Positions 9,273 to 17,971 of a stretch of DNA of 38,458 bases are shown piece by piece. The stretch is from positions 1-38,458 of the forward strand of contig JBIQML010000001.1 in NCBI GenBank assembly GCA_044463405.1, written 5' to 3'. The notes beneath the pieces are model-generated. The model saw only the letters and a list, made by a program, of their open reading frames with translations, did no database searches and was not told where the DNA came from. The position numbers were made by a program, and so were the translations under genes. Position 1 is the stretch's first letter. Every line of letters starts with the position of its first letter. The DNA is from Nakamurella lactea (GTDB lineage Bacteria; Actinomycetota; Actinomycetes; Mycobacteriales; Nakamurellaceae).

Positions 9273-12200
9273 GCAGGTCAGCCGGGCGTCCGCCCAGTCG
9301 CCGTGATCGTGGCCGTTGCCGTCACCGCCCTCCCCGACAACCAGATCGACCATCTGCGCGCCGCTGATGTCCACGTCCATCGGGTACGGGTCCGAGGATC
9401 CGTATAGCACCGGCGTGGTCGACAACGGCTTCCCGTCCGCGACGACGCTGAAGGTCACCGACCCGCTGTTGCCGACCTCGTCGTCGACGCCGACGGTCGC
9501 CTGGAACCGGGTGCACTGCCCGCCGAGATACAAGGCCACGTCACTGGGGGAGTTGGTGCCCAGCCCATGCGCGAACTGCTGGCCGTTCAGGGTGATGGTG
9601 CTCCCGTCGCCGGCGGCGGTCTCTCCGTTGCTCATGTCGCGCTCCACCGGGCCCCACCCGTTGCTGGCCGAGAAAAACGGCAGCGCGCTGACCTCGACAT
9701 TTCCGGTGGGTGGTGTCGGTAGCGCCCGGATGTCCCGCACGGTCGTCAGCTGCTGGGCGCCGTGCCGGCCCGGCTCACCCTGCTGGTAGTCGGCGACCAC
9801 CGCCAGCTCCGAGATCGTCGGCAGCGAGTCGGGCGCCGTCACCGTCCAGGAGGCGGTGAACGAGTGCCCGGGGGGCACCGGATGGCTGGCGCTGGTCGGT
9901 GTGGTGGGTGTCGCCGTCCAACCGTCCGGGATCGTCAGGTGCAGCCGCACGTCCCGCGCCGCGCCCGCGCCGGCGCCACTGTCGGTCGAGAACGTCGCCG
10001 ACACCGTCGCGGTGGACCCGGGGGACATCGAGCCGGGAACGTGCGCCGTGAGCGAAGCGTGGTGCGGGGCCGGCATGCGGTAGGTGGTCGCGTCGTAGCC
10101 CGGGCTCGATACCGGCGGCACCCGCAGCGACGACACCGGGGATCCGTAGCTGAACAGCGACACCGTCCCCAGTCCACCGGTGCTGCCGTCCTCGTTGGTG
10201 ACGGCGATCGCGATGGTGTTGCGCCCGTCCGGGTTCAGAATCCCGGTCGGGATCACGAACTCGTGCTGCGGGCCGATGTTGTTGATGTACTTGCCGAGTT
10301 GCCAGCCGTTGACGTAGATGAAGGCCCGGTAGGCGCGGCTGGGGTCGTCAGAGATGCGCAGTCCCACTGAGGTGTCCTGGTCCTTCGGGAGGTTCAGGTT
10401 GACGGTGGTGCGGTACCAGGAGACCCCAGGCGTGGTGTCGGTGGTGGGCAGTGTCACGTTCTGCCAGTGGTTCTCGGGGAAGCCGGGCAGCGTCCAGCCG
10501 GCCCGCTCTCCGTACAGGCCCCCGGTGTTCAGCGGGCCGCGGACCGGGTCGAGGCCCTGCTCGCCACCGCGGGTGCCCTGAATGCGCCAGGTGATGGTGG
10601 CCAGCGGCGAGCCCGCGACCGTCGCACCGGTGAGGCCGCGGGCCTCCTTGTTGGTGTTCTGGACGTTGTAGTCCTCGTTGTGCCCGGAGGTGTCTACCAG
10701 CACCGAGACCTCGTTGTCGGAATCGACATTCACGACGCCGGCCGGGAAGGCGAAGGTGTGCGTCGCGTCGTCGGAGTGGCCCAGGTAGGTGCCGTTGAGC
10801 CACACCTGGTAGTTTCCGGCCGTTCCGGTGATCGCCGACAGGGTGATGCCGGTGCTCGCCGTCGTGGCGTCGAAGTGCCCGCGGTACCACACATCGCCGT
10901 AGTGGAAGCCGTAGTCGTCCTGGAACAGCACCGGCAGGGTGACGGGGGTGGTGGTGCTGTTCGAGGTCATCTTGTCGGCGACCTGCCAACTGGAGTCGTC
11001 GAAGGCAGGCTGCGATTCCGGCGACCCCTGCATGCGCTTCCAGTGCGTCAGCGCCGGCAACTGCACCGGTTGCGGGCCGCCGATCTCGCCGAGCCGCGAT
11101 CCGCTGGGCGTGGGTGCGGTGGCGAGCCTGTTGCCGTTCCAGGTGTAGCGCGAGGCGTCCGAGGCGAAGACCTCGATCTGCTGCGCGTCGTCGGAGTCCC
11201 CGGTCAACTCCAGGGTGCCGCGCGACAGCTCCGCGGAGCGCAGCAGATCCGTTCCGTATACCAGCACCGGGCCGGCGGAATCCGCGGCCAGCCAGAACTT
11301 CTCGGCCTGCTGGTCGGTCCCGATCAGAAGCAGGAGTGGCCGGACGCCGCCGCCGGTGATCAGGACGCGCGCCAGTGCGTGGTGGGTGTAGTTGAGCCGC
11401 AGGTCGCCGGTGGCCGCGTCCCAGGTGGTGGCGATGTCGCCGGAGAGCACGTGCACGTCGGGCTTGGCGGTGTAGTTGAGCACCGTCTCACCGTCGGTAC
11501 CGTCGGCGCCGTACAGCACCGCCACGTCCCGATCGCCGATGGTCTGGTTGGTCAGGATCTCGGAGGTGGAGTACTGCATCCGGGTCTGGCCGAGCAGGTA
11601 GTTGGCCACGATGATCGCGGAGTCCCGGCCGTTCAGGGTGATCGAGGTTCCGGGCTGCTGCGGAACGCTCGGATACACCCTGGCCGATCCGCTGGGCAGG
11701 TCGATGGCGTCCAGCGAGACGAACGTGCCGGCGGAGGCCGGGTTGCGTTGGCCGGTGACGACGATCTTCAGGGTGTGCGCGGTGTCGGGGAGGCCGCTGG
11801 CGGTGTACTGCACCTGACCGTTCACGGTGCCCGACGAGTAGCCGTCGACCGAGGCGACCTTGTTGCCGTCCAGGTAGACGTCGGCGATGCCGTGGTTGGC
11901 GGCCGTGGAAGCGATCCAACGGATGGCGGTTCCGGTGAAGGGGATTGTCACGCTGTCGCCGGCGGTGTCGGAGAACGACTCGGTCTGCTGGTACTCGCCG
12001 TGCGTGTAGCTCTGCTCGGGGCCGACGTGCGACCAGTTCCCCTCGTAGTGCAGGTCGGTGGTGTCGGCATCGTCGTAGGTGTAGGTGGAACTGGCGCCGA
12101 GATCGATCGAGATGTGCGTGGAGTCCGTGGACGTGGCGGTGGAGTCCCGGTGCCGCAGCACGTGGAACTGGGTGTGCGTGTCCGGGTTGATCCGGGCGGT

Positions 12201-13493
12201 GTCCACGATGGCGTCATCGGGCGGGGCGCCGACTCCGAGCGCGTCGGTCTTGGTCAGTGGCGCGACGGCGTGGGTGAAGTAGCCGATCAGCTTGTCCTGC
12301 TGATACTTCGCCGTCAGTTGCCGGGCCTCGGTGATCGGTGCGCCGTAGTCGTAGGAGGTGTAGACGGCGGGCTCGGCCTGGTTCCCCCAGTTCGTGCCGC
12401 CGTAGGTCATGTAGAAACTCTGCATGGTGGCGCCGACGGCGATGTTGTTCTTGTAGAACACATTGGCGAAGTCAGCACCGGTGAGTTGCCGGCACTTGTC
12501 GTAGCCGGGGCCGCCCCATGGGTCGAAGGCACCGCCCTGGTACTCCGGGGTGTAGAGCGGGCTTTCGTTCGGGTGGTCGTAGGAGATGTTGTCCACCGGA
12601 CGCCATTGTGTCGGATTCGAGCAGTTGAACCCCTGCGGGTACGAGTCGGGTCCGTCGATGTCCAGCGCTGCCCGCCCCGAGTTGAAGGTGCCGTTGTTGT
12701 TCCCGGTCAGCGGCACGGTGATGCCGTCGGAGCGAACCTTGGTCTCCAGCTTCTCCATGTAGTCACGGCCGGCGGTGGAGCCGTCGTAGTACTCGTTCTC
12801 CACCTGGTAGGCGATGATCGGCCCGGTGCCGTTGGTCATCTGGTGGCGGGCCAGGATCGCGTCGATGTGCGTGAGCCACTGGTTCGCGTAGGTCAGGTAG
12901 TCGGGATCGGCGCTGCGGTCCAGGCCGGGCTTGGTGCCCAGCCAGGCGGGGAAGCCGCCGCCGTCCACCTCGGCGTTGATGTACGGGCCGGGCCGGGCGA
13001 TCACGTACAGGCCGACCTGGTCGGCGATGTCCAGCAGCGTGTCGACGTCCCGGACGCCGGTGAAGTCGTACACGCCGGGTGCCGGGGAGTGGTAGGCCCA
13101 GTCGAAGTAGATGGAGACGCCGTTGAACCCGGCGGCCTTCATCTTTTGCAGCACGTCACGCCACAGGCCGGGGCTGGGCAGCCGGAAGTAGTGGAACTCG
13201 CCGGAGTAGATGTACGTGCGCTTGCCGTCGATCTTCAGCGAGTACTGGTCGTAGGAGATCGTGTGCGGGACACCGCCGCTCAGGGTGCGGGCGGCCGGAT
13301 CTGCCGCCGGTGACGCCGTGTGTGCCGTCGTGGCCGCAGTGGCGGTGACGGGGGTTGCCGACGCACCCGCGTTCGGCGCCGCCAGCGAACTCATGCCGAG
13401 GGTGACGGCCAGAGCGGTGAGACCCGCGGCCACCCGGCGGGGGCCCGACCGGTTCCGGGAGCGGCGGACGGCGGCGGATGTGGTGAACGGCAT
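9264..13493 (-). CDS. Secreted GH35 beta-galactosidase with an internal carbohydrate-binding-like domain and C-terminal NEW3 + NPCBM domains
   Basis: YSGEFHYFRLPSP, ARPGPYINAE, YQVENEY (acid/base), TPEYQGG (nucleophile), YTSYDYGAPI; C-terminal NGWGPVERD..HGLGTN..DHGDWADA. Signal peptide; GGGGAG RBS before ATG 13493. Confidence 0.92.
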   Translation of the reverse strand: MPFTTSAAVRRSRNRSGPRRVAAGLTALAVTLGMSSLAAPNAGASATPVTATAATTAHTASPAADPAARTLSGGVPHTISYDQYSLKIDGKRTYIYSGEFHYFRLPSPGLWRDVLQKMKAAGFNGVSIYFDWAYHSPAPGVYDFTGVRDVDTLLDIADQVGLYVIARPGPYINAEVDGGGFPAWLGTKPGLDRSADPDYLTYANQWLTHIDAILARHQMTNGTGPIIAYQVENEYYDGSTAGRDYMEKLETKVRSDGITVPLTGNNNGTFNSGRAALDIDGPDSYPQGFNCSNPTQWRPVDNISYDHPNESPLYTPEYQGGAFDPWGGPGYDKCRQLTGADFANVFYKNNIAVGATMQSFYMTYGGTNWGNQAEPAVYTSYDYGAPITEARQLTAKYQQDKLIGYFTHAVAPLTKTDALGVGAPPDDAIVDTARINPDTHTQFHVLRHRDSTATSTDSTHISIDLGASSTYTYDDADTTDLHYEGNWSHVGPEQSYTHGEYQQTESFSDTAGDSVTIPFTGTAIRWIASTAANHGIADVYLDGNKVASVDGYSSGTVNGQVQYTASGLPDTAHTLKIVVTGQRNPASAGTFVSLDAIDLPSGSARVYPSVPQQPGTSITLNGRDSAIIVANYLLGQTRMQYSTSEILTNQTIGDRDVAVLYGADGTDGETVLNYTAKPDVHVLSGDIATTWDAATGDLRLNYTHHALARVLITGGGVRPLLLLIGTDQQAEKFWLAADSAGPVLVYGTDLLRSAELSRGTLELTGDSDDAQQIEVFASDASRYTWNGNRLATAPTPSGSRLGEIGGPQPVQLPALTHWKRMQGSPESQPAFDDSSWQVADKMTSNSTTTPVTLPVLFQDDYGFHYGDVWYRGHFDATTASTGITLSAITGTAGNYQVWLNGTYLGHSDDATHTFAFPAGVVNVDSDNEVSVLVDTSGHNEDYNVQNTNKEARGLTGATVAGSPLATITWRIQGTRGGEQGLDPVRGPLNTGGLYGERAGWTLPGFPENHWQNVTLPTTDTTPGVSWYRTTVNLNLPKDQDTSVGLRISDDPSRAYRAFIYVNGWQLGKYINNIGPQHEFVIPTGILNPDGRNTIAIAVTNEDGSTGGLGTVSLFSYGSPVSSLRVPPVSSPGYDATTYRMPAPHHASLTAHVPGSMSPGSTATVSATFSTDSGAGAGAARDVRLHLTIPDGWTATPTTPTSASHPVPPGHSFTASWTVTAPDSLPTISELAVVADYQQGEPGRHGAQQLTTVRDIRALPTPPTGNVEVSALPFFSASNGWGPVERDMSNGETAAGDGSTITLNGQQFAHGLGTNSPSDVALYLGGQCTRFQATVGVDDEVGNSGSVTFSVVADGKPLSTTPVLYGSSDPYPMDVDISGAQMVDLVVGEGGDGNGHDHGDWADARLTCSS

Positions 13494-13520
13494 GAACAAT
13501 CACTCCCCAGCGGATGTGCC

Positions 13521-13549
13521 GTGATGGTGATGGCGGTGATGGTGATGGC
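13521..13549. repeat. Tandem direct repeat GTGATGGTGATGGC x2 (15-bp period) between the GH35 genes
   Basis: Identical 14-mers at 13521-13534 and 13536-13549. Confidence 0.8.
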
Positions 13550-13581
13550 AGTGCAGGCGGCAGCGGGAATGCCGGCGCGCG

Positions 13582-16500
13582 TTACGGACAGATCACCTGC
13601 GCGCCCCCCCAGTCCCCGTTGTCGTGTCCCACGCCGTCGCCGGCGTCACCGACGACCAGGGTCAGCGTGGACACGCCGGTGACGTCGGCGGACATTTGCT
13701 GCGGCGGATCCCCGCCGCGCATCACTCCGGTCTGTGCGAGAACGGTCCCGTCGCCGAGCACCTGGAACGTCACCGATCCCTTGCCGCCGGCGCTCAGATC
13801 CAGCCCGACGTCGCTGGAGAACGAGGTGCACTTGCCGGCCAGGTCGACCTCCACCGTGCTCACCGCGTTGGTGCCCAGGCCCTTGGCGTAGGCCGTGCCG
13901 TCGATGTTCAGCGGTGCTCCGTCCCCCTCGCCGGTGCCCTCGACGTTCTGGTCGCGCTCCACCGGACCCCAGCCGTTGGTGGAGGAGATCCACGGCATGT
14001 CGCTGATGTAGACCAGGCCGTGCGCCCGCACCGACACCGATCCCGACGCGCCGGTGCTTAGATCCCGCCCGTCCTGGTGGTAGCCGGCCAGGATCGCCAC
14101 CGGGTACCGGCCGCCGGCGGCGTCGGTGGGCATCGTCACCGTCCAACTCACCGCCGCGGTGCCTTCCGGGGCCAGCGTGGCCGGTGCCGGTTGCACGGCG
14201 GCGGCGGTCCAGCCGTCCGGAACGTCCAGCGTCGCCTGCAGATCGGTGGCGATCGGCCCGGCGTCGTTGCGGATGGTGCTGGCCACGGTGAAGGTGTCCC
14301 CGCCGCTGAGCTGGTCGGCTCCGGTGAACGCCGGCGGGTCCACGGCCACGTCCAGCATCGGTTGCGAGGCGCCCCAGTCGGCGAGATCCCAGCCGGGGGC
14401 GTCGTTCTGCGCGACCGTGACGCCTCCGCGCACGGTGCCCAGGTCGACGAGCCGCACGTTCTCCAGGCCGTTGCCGGCACCGCCGTCGCTGGTGACCTCG
14501 ATGGCCAGGCGGTTGTTGCCGTCGGGGTTCAGGATCCCGGTAGGCAGCACGAAGGTGTGCTGCGGGCCGACGTCGGCGATGTACTGGCCGACGTTCCAGC
14601 CGTTGAGGTAGATCAGCGCCCGGTAGTTGGCGCTGGACTGCCGAACCGAGGGGTCGCCGATCGTCAGGCCGATGGAGGCGTCGTCGGCCCTGGGCAGGTG
14701 CAGCCGGAAATCGGTGGCGTACCAGCTGGTCCCGGGGACGGCCGCGGCGGCGGGCGCCGGCACCGTGGCCGTCGACCATCGGGACGTCGGGTAGCCGGGC
14801 AGGTACCAGCCGTGCCGGTCCCCGTAGCTGCCGTTGGCGTTCATGATGCCGCGCGCCGTGTCGACCAGGTCCTCGCCGCCCTTGTTGCCCTGGATGCGCC
14901 AGGTGACCTGCGGTGTCTCGGCGTCACCGGCGCCGTCGGCCATGGTCATCGAGATCAGGCCCCGGCCTTCCTTCTGCGCGTCGTTGACGCCGCCGTCCTC
15001 GTTGTGCCCGTCGTTGCGGACCATCACGGCCAGCACGTGCGGTCCGGCAGTGCGAAGTGACTGCGGCACGGCGAATTCCACCGTGCCGGTGGTGGCCGGG
15101 GACGACTGCCCGGTGGCCAGCACGTCCTGCCCGAGGTACACGCCGTCCAGCCACGCCTGCAGCATGCCGGCGCCACCGCCGCCGTAGTGCAGCGTGATGC
15201 TGGCCGGGGACGCGCCCGCATAGTGGGCCCGGTACCACACGTCACCCTGGTGGAATCCGTAGTCATCCGCGGTGAGTACCACGGCACCGTCCGGTGGCGG
15301 GGTGGTGCTGTTGGTGGAGGTCCTGTCGGCTACCGGCCAACCGGAATCGTCGAAGGACGATTGGGACTCCGGCGAGCCGAACTGCGTCTTCCACGTCACC
15401 GCCGACGCGGGGCCGCTCAACTCGGGCAGGCTGATGCCGACCGGGCCGGGCAACCGGCGTTGCGCGGTCAGGCTCTGGTCGGCGACGGTGCGGGCGGCGG
15501 CGACGTGCCCGCCGTTCCACTTCAGGTGCTTGATCCGGGACGGTGCCCACACCTGCAGGTCCGAGGGCTGGGAGGTGTCGCCCGTCAGGAACAGGTTGAC
15601 TCCGTGCACCGTCGCGCTGCGGACCAGTTCGGGGCCGCGAACCAGCACCGGTCCGGCGGAAGTCTGCGGCTGCCAGAAGGTTCCGGCGGTGTCGGTGTCG
15701 GCCACCAGCAGGGTCAACGGTTCGCGGCCGCCTCCGGTGATACGCACCTCAGCGAGGCCGTCGTGCGTGTAGTTCAGTCGCAGGTCGCCGGTGGCGGCAT
15801 CGTAGGAGGTGTCGACCGAGCCCCCGGCGACCTGCACATGCGGGTTTGTCGGGTAACGCAGCACGGTCTCGCCGTCCTCGCCGTTCGGCCCGTAGAGCAG
15901 CGCCAGATGACCGCCCGTGACGTCCAGGTGCGTCATGATCTGCGAGGTCGAGTACACCAGGTGCGGGCTCGCGGTCCCGGCCGCCGGGTCCAAGTTGTAG
16001 TCGGCGACCAGGATCTTCGAGTCCTGGCCGTCGATCCGCAGGGTGCCCTGCTGTGGCACGGTGTAGCTGCCGTCGGCCGTGTCGATCGGGAACGTGAACG
16101 TGTCGTTCCCGGTCTCGTTGGACGGATCGTGCATGGCGATGTAGAAGTGCGTGCCGGTGTCCGGGTTCACGTCATCGTAGATCTTGATCTTGTCAGTGCT
16201 GGGCGCGATCATCGACGCGGGGTCGACCTTGGTCAGCGGCGCTACGGACTGCACGAACAGTCCGAGTTCCTTCATGGTGGTGGCCTTGGGGCGGATCTGC
16301 CGCGCCTCGCTGATGGCGGCGCCGTAGTCGTAGGAGGTGTAGACGACGGGGGCGGGCAGCCATCCCCACGATGTGCCACCGAATCCCATGTACACGTTGT
16401 GGATGTCGAGCCGGTTGGCGATGTCGGTGCCGTAGGTGACGCGTTCGTATCCGGAGCCCTCCTGCAACGCCATGCACGGGTAGCTGCCAGGGCCGCCCCA

Positions 16501-17568
16501 GTAGTCGAACCATCCGCCGCCGCGCTCGGCGACGAAACCGGGCGTGTTCGGTGAGGCCGATGCGCCGCCGTGCGCTCCGCCCGGACCCCAGATGCCCCAG
16601 TCCGGGGCGACGGTCGGGGAACCGGGGGTGTTGTTGCTATGGCAGGAGCCGCCGCCATAGCCGTCGAACGCGTACAGGTCGGTGGGTCCGGGCACCGTTC
16701 CCGGCACATCGGAACCGGAGGGTACCCAGATGCCGTTGCGGCCCTTGTCGTTGTGGAAGATCGGCACGGTGATGCCATCCGAGCGGACCTTGTCGTACAG
16801 GTGCTGCATGTAGCGCTGCTGGCTGCTGCCGGTGGAGGCCAACTCGTTCTCGATCTGGTAGAGGATGACCGGTCCGGATCCGTCGGTGTACTGGTGGCGG
16901 GCGAGGATGGCGTCGATGTGCGTGAGCCATTCGTCGGCGGCGGCCAGATAGTCGGGCGCGTCGCTTCGGGCGCGTCCCGCTTGCGTGGTCAACCAGCCCG
17001 GGAAACCTCCACCGTTGGTCTCTCCGTTGATGTACGGGCCCGGCCGGGCGATCACGTACAGGCCGACCTGGTCGGCGATATCCAGCAGCCTGTTCACGTC
17101 GCGGACGCCGGTGAAGTCGTAGACGCCGGGCGCGGGGGAGTGATAGGCCCAGTCGAAGTAGATCGACACGGCGTTGAAGCCCTCCGCCTTCATCTTCTGC
17201 AGCACGTCGCGCCACAGATCTGGGCTGGGCAGCCGGAAGTAGTGGAACTCTCCGGACCAGATGTAGGTGCGGTGGCCGTCGATCGTCAGCGAATACTTGT
17301 CGAAGCCGATGGTGTGCCGGTGGCCGTCCCCGAGCATGGGCCCTTGCCCGTCCGGTGAGGATGGGGCGGCCGCGGGCGACGACGACGCAGTGGGCGCGCT
17401 TACGGGTGACGAGAAAGCCGCCGAGCCGGTCGCCGGTGACGGGGACTCCGCGGCCCCGGCCGTTCCACCCAGTGAGGTCATGCCGAGCGCGAGGACCACG
17501 GCCGACAGGGCCGCGATGGTGCGGCGGTGCAGCGGGCGATGGACGGACCGGGTTCCGATCAAGGGCAT
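13582..17568 (-). CDS. Secreted GH35 beta-galactosidase paralogue with C-terminal NEW3 + NPCBM domains
   Basis: WSGEFHYFRLPSP, ARPGPYINGE, YQIENEL, FVAERGGGWFD, YTSYDYGAAI; NGWGPVERD..KGLGTN..HDNGDWG. Signal peptide plus Ser/Pro linker; GAAGG before ATG 17568. Confidence 0.92.
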   Translation of the reverse strand: MPLIGTRSVHRPLHRRTIAALSAVVLALGMTSLGGTAGAAESPSPATGSAAFSSPVSAPTASSSPAAAPSSPDGQGPMLGDGHRHTIGFDKYSLTIDGHRTYIWSGEFHYFRLPSPDLWRDVLQKMKAEGFNAVSIYFDWAYHSPAPGVYDFTGVRDVNRLLDIADQVGLYVIARPGPYINGETNGGGFPGWLTTQAGRARSDAPDYLAAADEWLTHIDAILARHQYTDGSGPVILYQIENELASTGSSQQRYMQHLYDKVRSDGITVPIFHNDKGRNGIWVPSGSDVPGTVPGPTDLYAFDGYGGGSCHSNNTPGSPTVAPDWGIWGPGGAHGGASASPNTPGFVAERGGGWFDYWGGPGSYPCMALQEGSGYERVTYGTDIANRLDIHNVYMGFGGTSWGWLPAPVVYTSYDYGAAISEARQIRPKATTMKELGLFVQSVAPLTKVDPASMIAPSTDKIKIYDDVNPDTGTHFYIAMHDPSNETGNDTFTFPIDTADGSYTVPQQGTLRIDGQDSKILVADYNLDPAAGTASPHLVYSTSQIMTHLDVTGGHLALLYGPNGEDGETVLRYPTNPHVQVAGGSVDTSYDAATGDLRLNYTHDGLAEVRITGGGREPLTLLVADTDTAGTFWQPQTSAGPVLVRGPELVRSATVHGVNLFLTGDTSQPSDLQVWAPSRIKHLKWNGGHVAAARTVADQSLTAQRRLPGPVGISLPELSGPASAVTWKTQFGSPESQSSFDDSGWPVADRTSTNSTTPPPDGAVVLTADDYGFHQGDVWYRAHYAGASPASITLHYGGGGAGMLQAWLDGVYLGQDVLATGQSSPATTGTVEFAVPQSLRTAGPHVLAVMVRNDGHNEDGGVNDAQKEGRGLISMTMADGAGDAETPQVTWRIQGNKGGEDLVDTARGIMNANGSYGDRHGWYLPGYPTSRWSTATVPAPAAAAVPGTSWYATDFRLHLPRADDASIGLTIGDPSVRQSSANYRALIYLNGWNVGQYIADVGPQHTFVLPTGILNPDGNNRLAIEVTSDGGAGNGLENVRLVDLGTVRGGVTVAQNDAPGWDLADWGASQPMLDVAVDPPAFTGADQLSGGDTFTVASTIRNDAGPIATDLQATLDVPDGWTAAAVQPAPATLAPEGTAAVSWTVTMPTDAAGGRYPVAILAGYHQDGRDLSTGASGSVSVRAHGLVYISDMPWISSTNGWGPVERDQNVEGTGEGDGAPLNIDGTAYAKGLGTNAVSTVEVDLAGKCTSFSSDVGLDLSAGGKGSVTFQVLGDGTVLAQTGVMRGGDPPQQMSADVTGVSTLTLVVGDAGDGVGHDNGDWGGAQVICP

Positions 17569-17628
17569 AGCTACCTTCGAAGCGCGTGTTTGATTGTGGT
17601 GTGTCGTGTGGAGCACTGCGGTAGATCG

Positions 17629-17657
17629 ACCGTAACCACACAGATACGCACGGTCAA
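17629..17657 (-). promoter_or_regulatory. Sigma70/HrdB-type promoter for the GH35 operon
   Basis: Minus strand reads TTGACC-17 nt-TACGGT, about 60 bp upstream of the start codon. Confidence 0.65.
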
Positions 17658-17971
17658 TACGCCGATCAGATCCACTGCGCTCCCGAGGTGCCGGGGTGGA
17701 GGCGCCGCTACCGTCACTGTCTGTAGTGATCTACGGCGGCCGCCGCTGCGTGTCTCGTCCGGACGGGGGTGCGGTACGTGACCGCGGCCCGCCCACTGCA
17801 CGATCATGATCGTTTCCCGCCCTGACCCGGGCGGCGCTAGCGATTGTGGGCGACCGTGTTGATTAGCCGGGTGCGCGTCCGCGCCGGAGACGCTCGACGT
17901 CTGGTCACGAGGGCGCCGCATGTCCGGGCCGCGTCACGGCGGTTGGCGCGTCACGCTGGCACAGTGGCGTC

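Noticed and set aside
10467-13313. 948-aa plus-strand ORF and many other long antisense or off-frame ORFs
   Set aside because: Shadow ORFs of high-GC genes; they overlap well-supported CDSs and lack motifs.
13500-13581. His-rich peptide (HCHHHHRHHHHG) on the minus strand between the GH35 genes
   Set aside because: No start codon after the preceding in-frame stop; treated as a simple tandem repeat.
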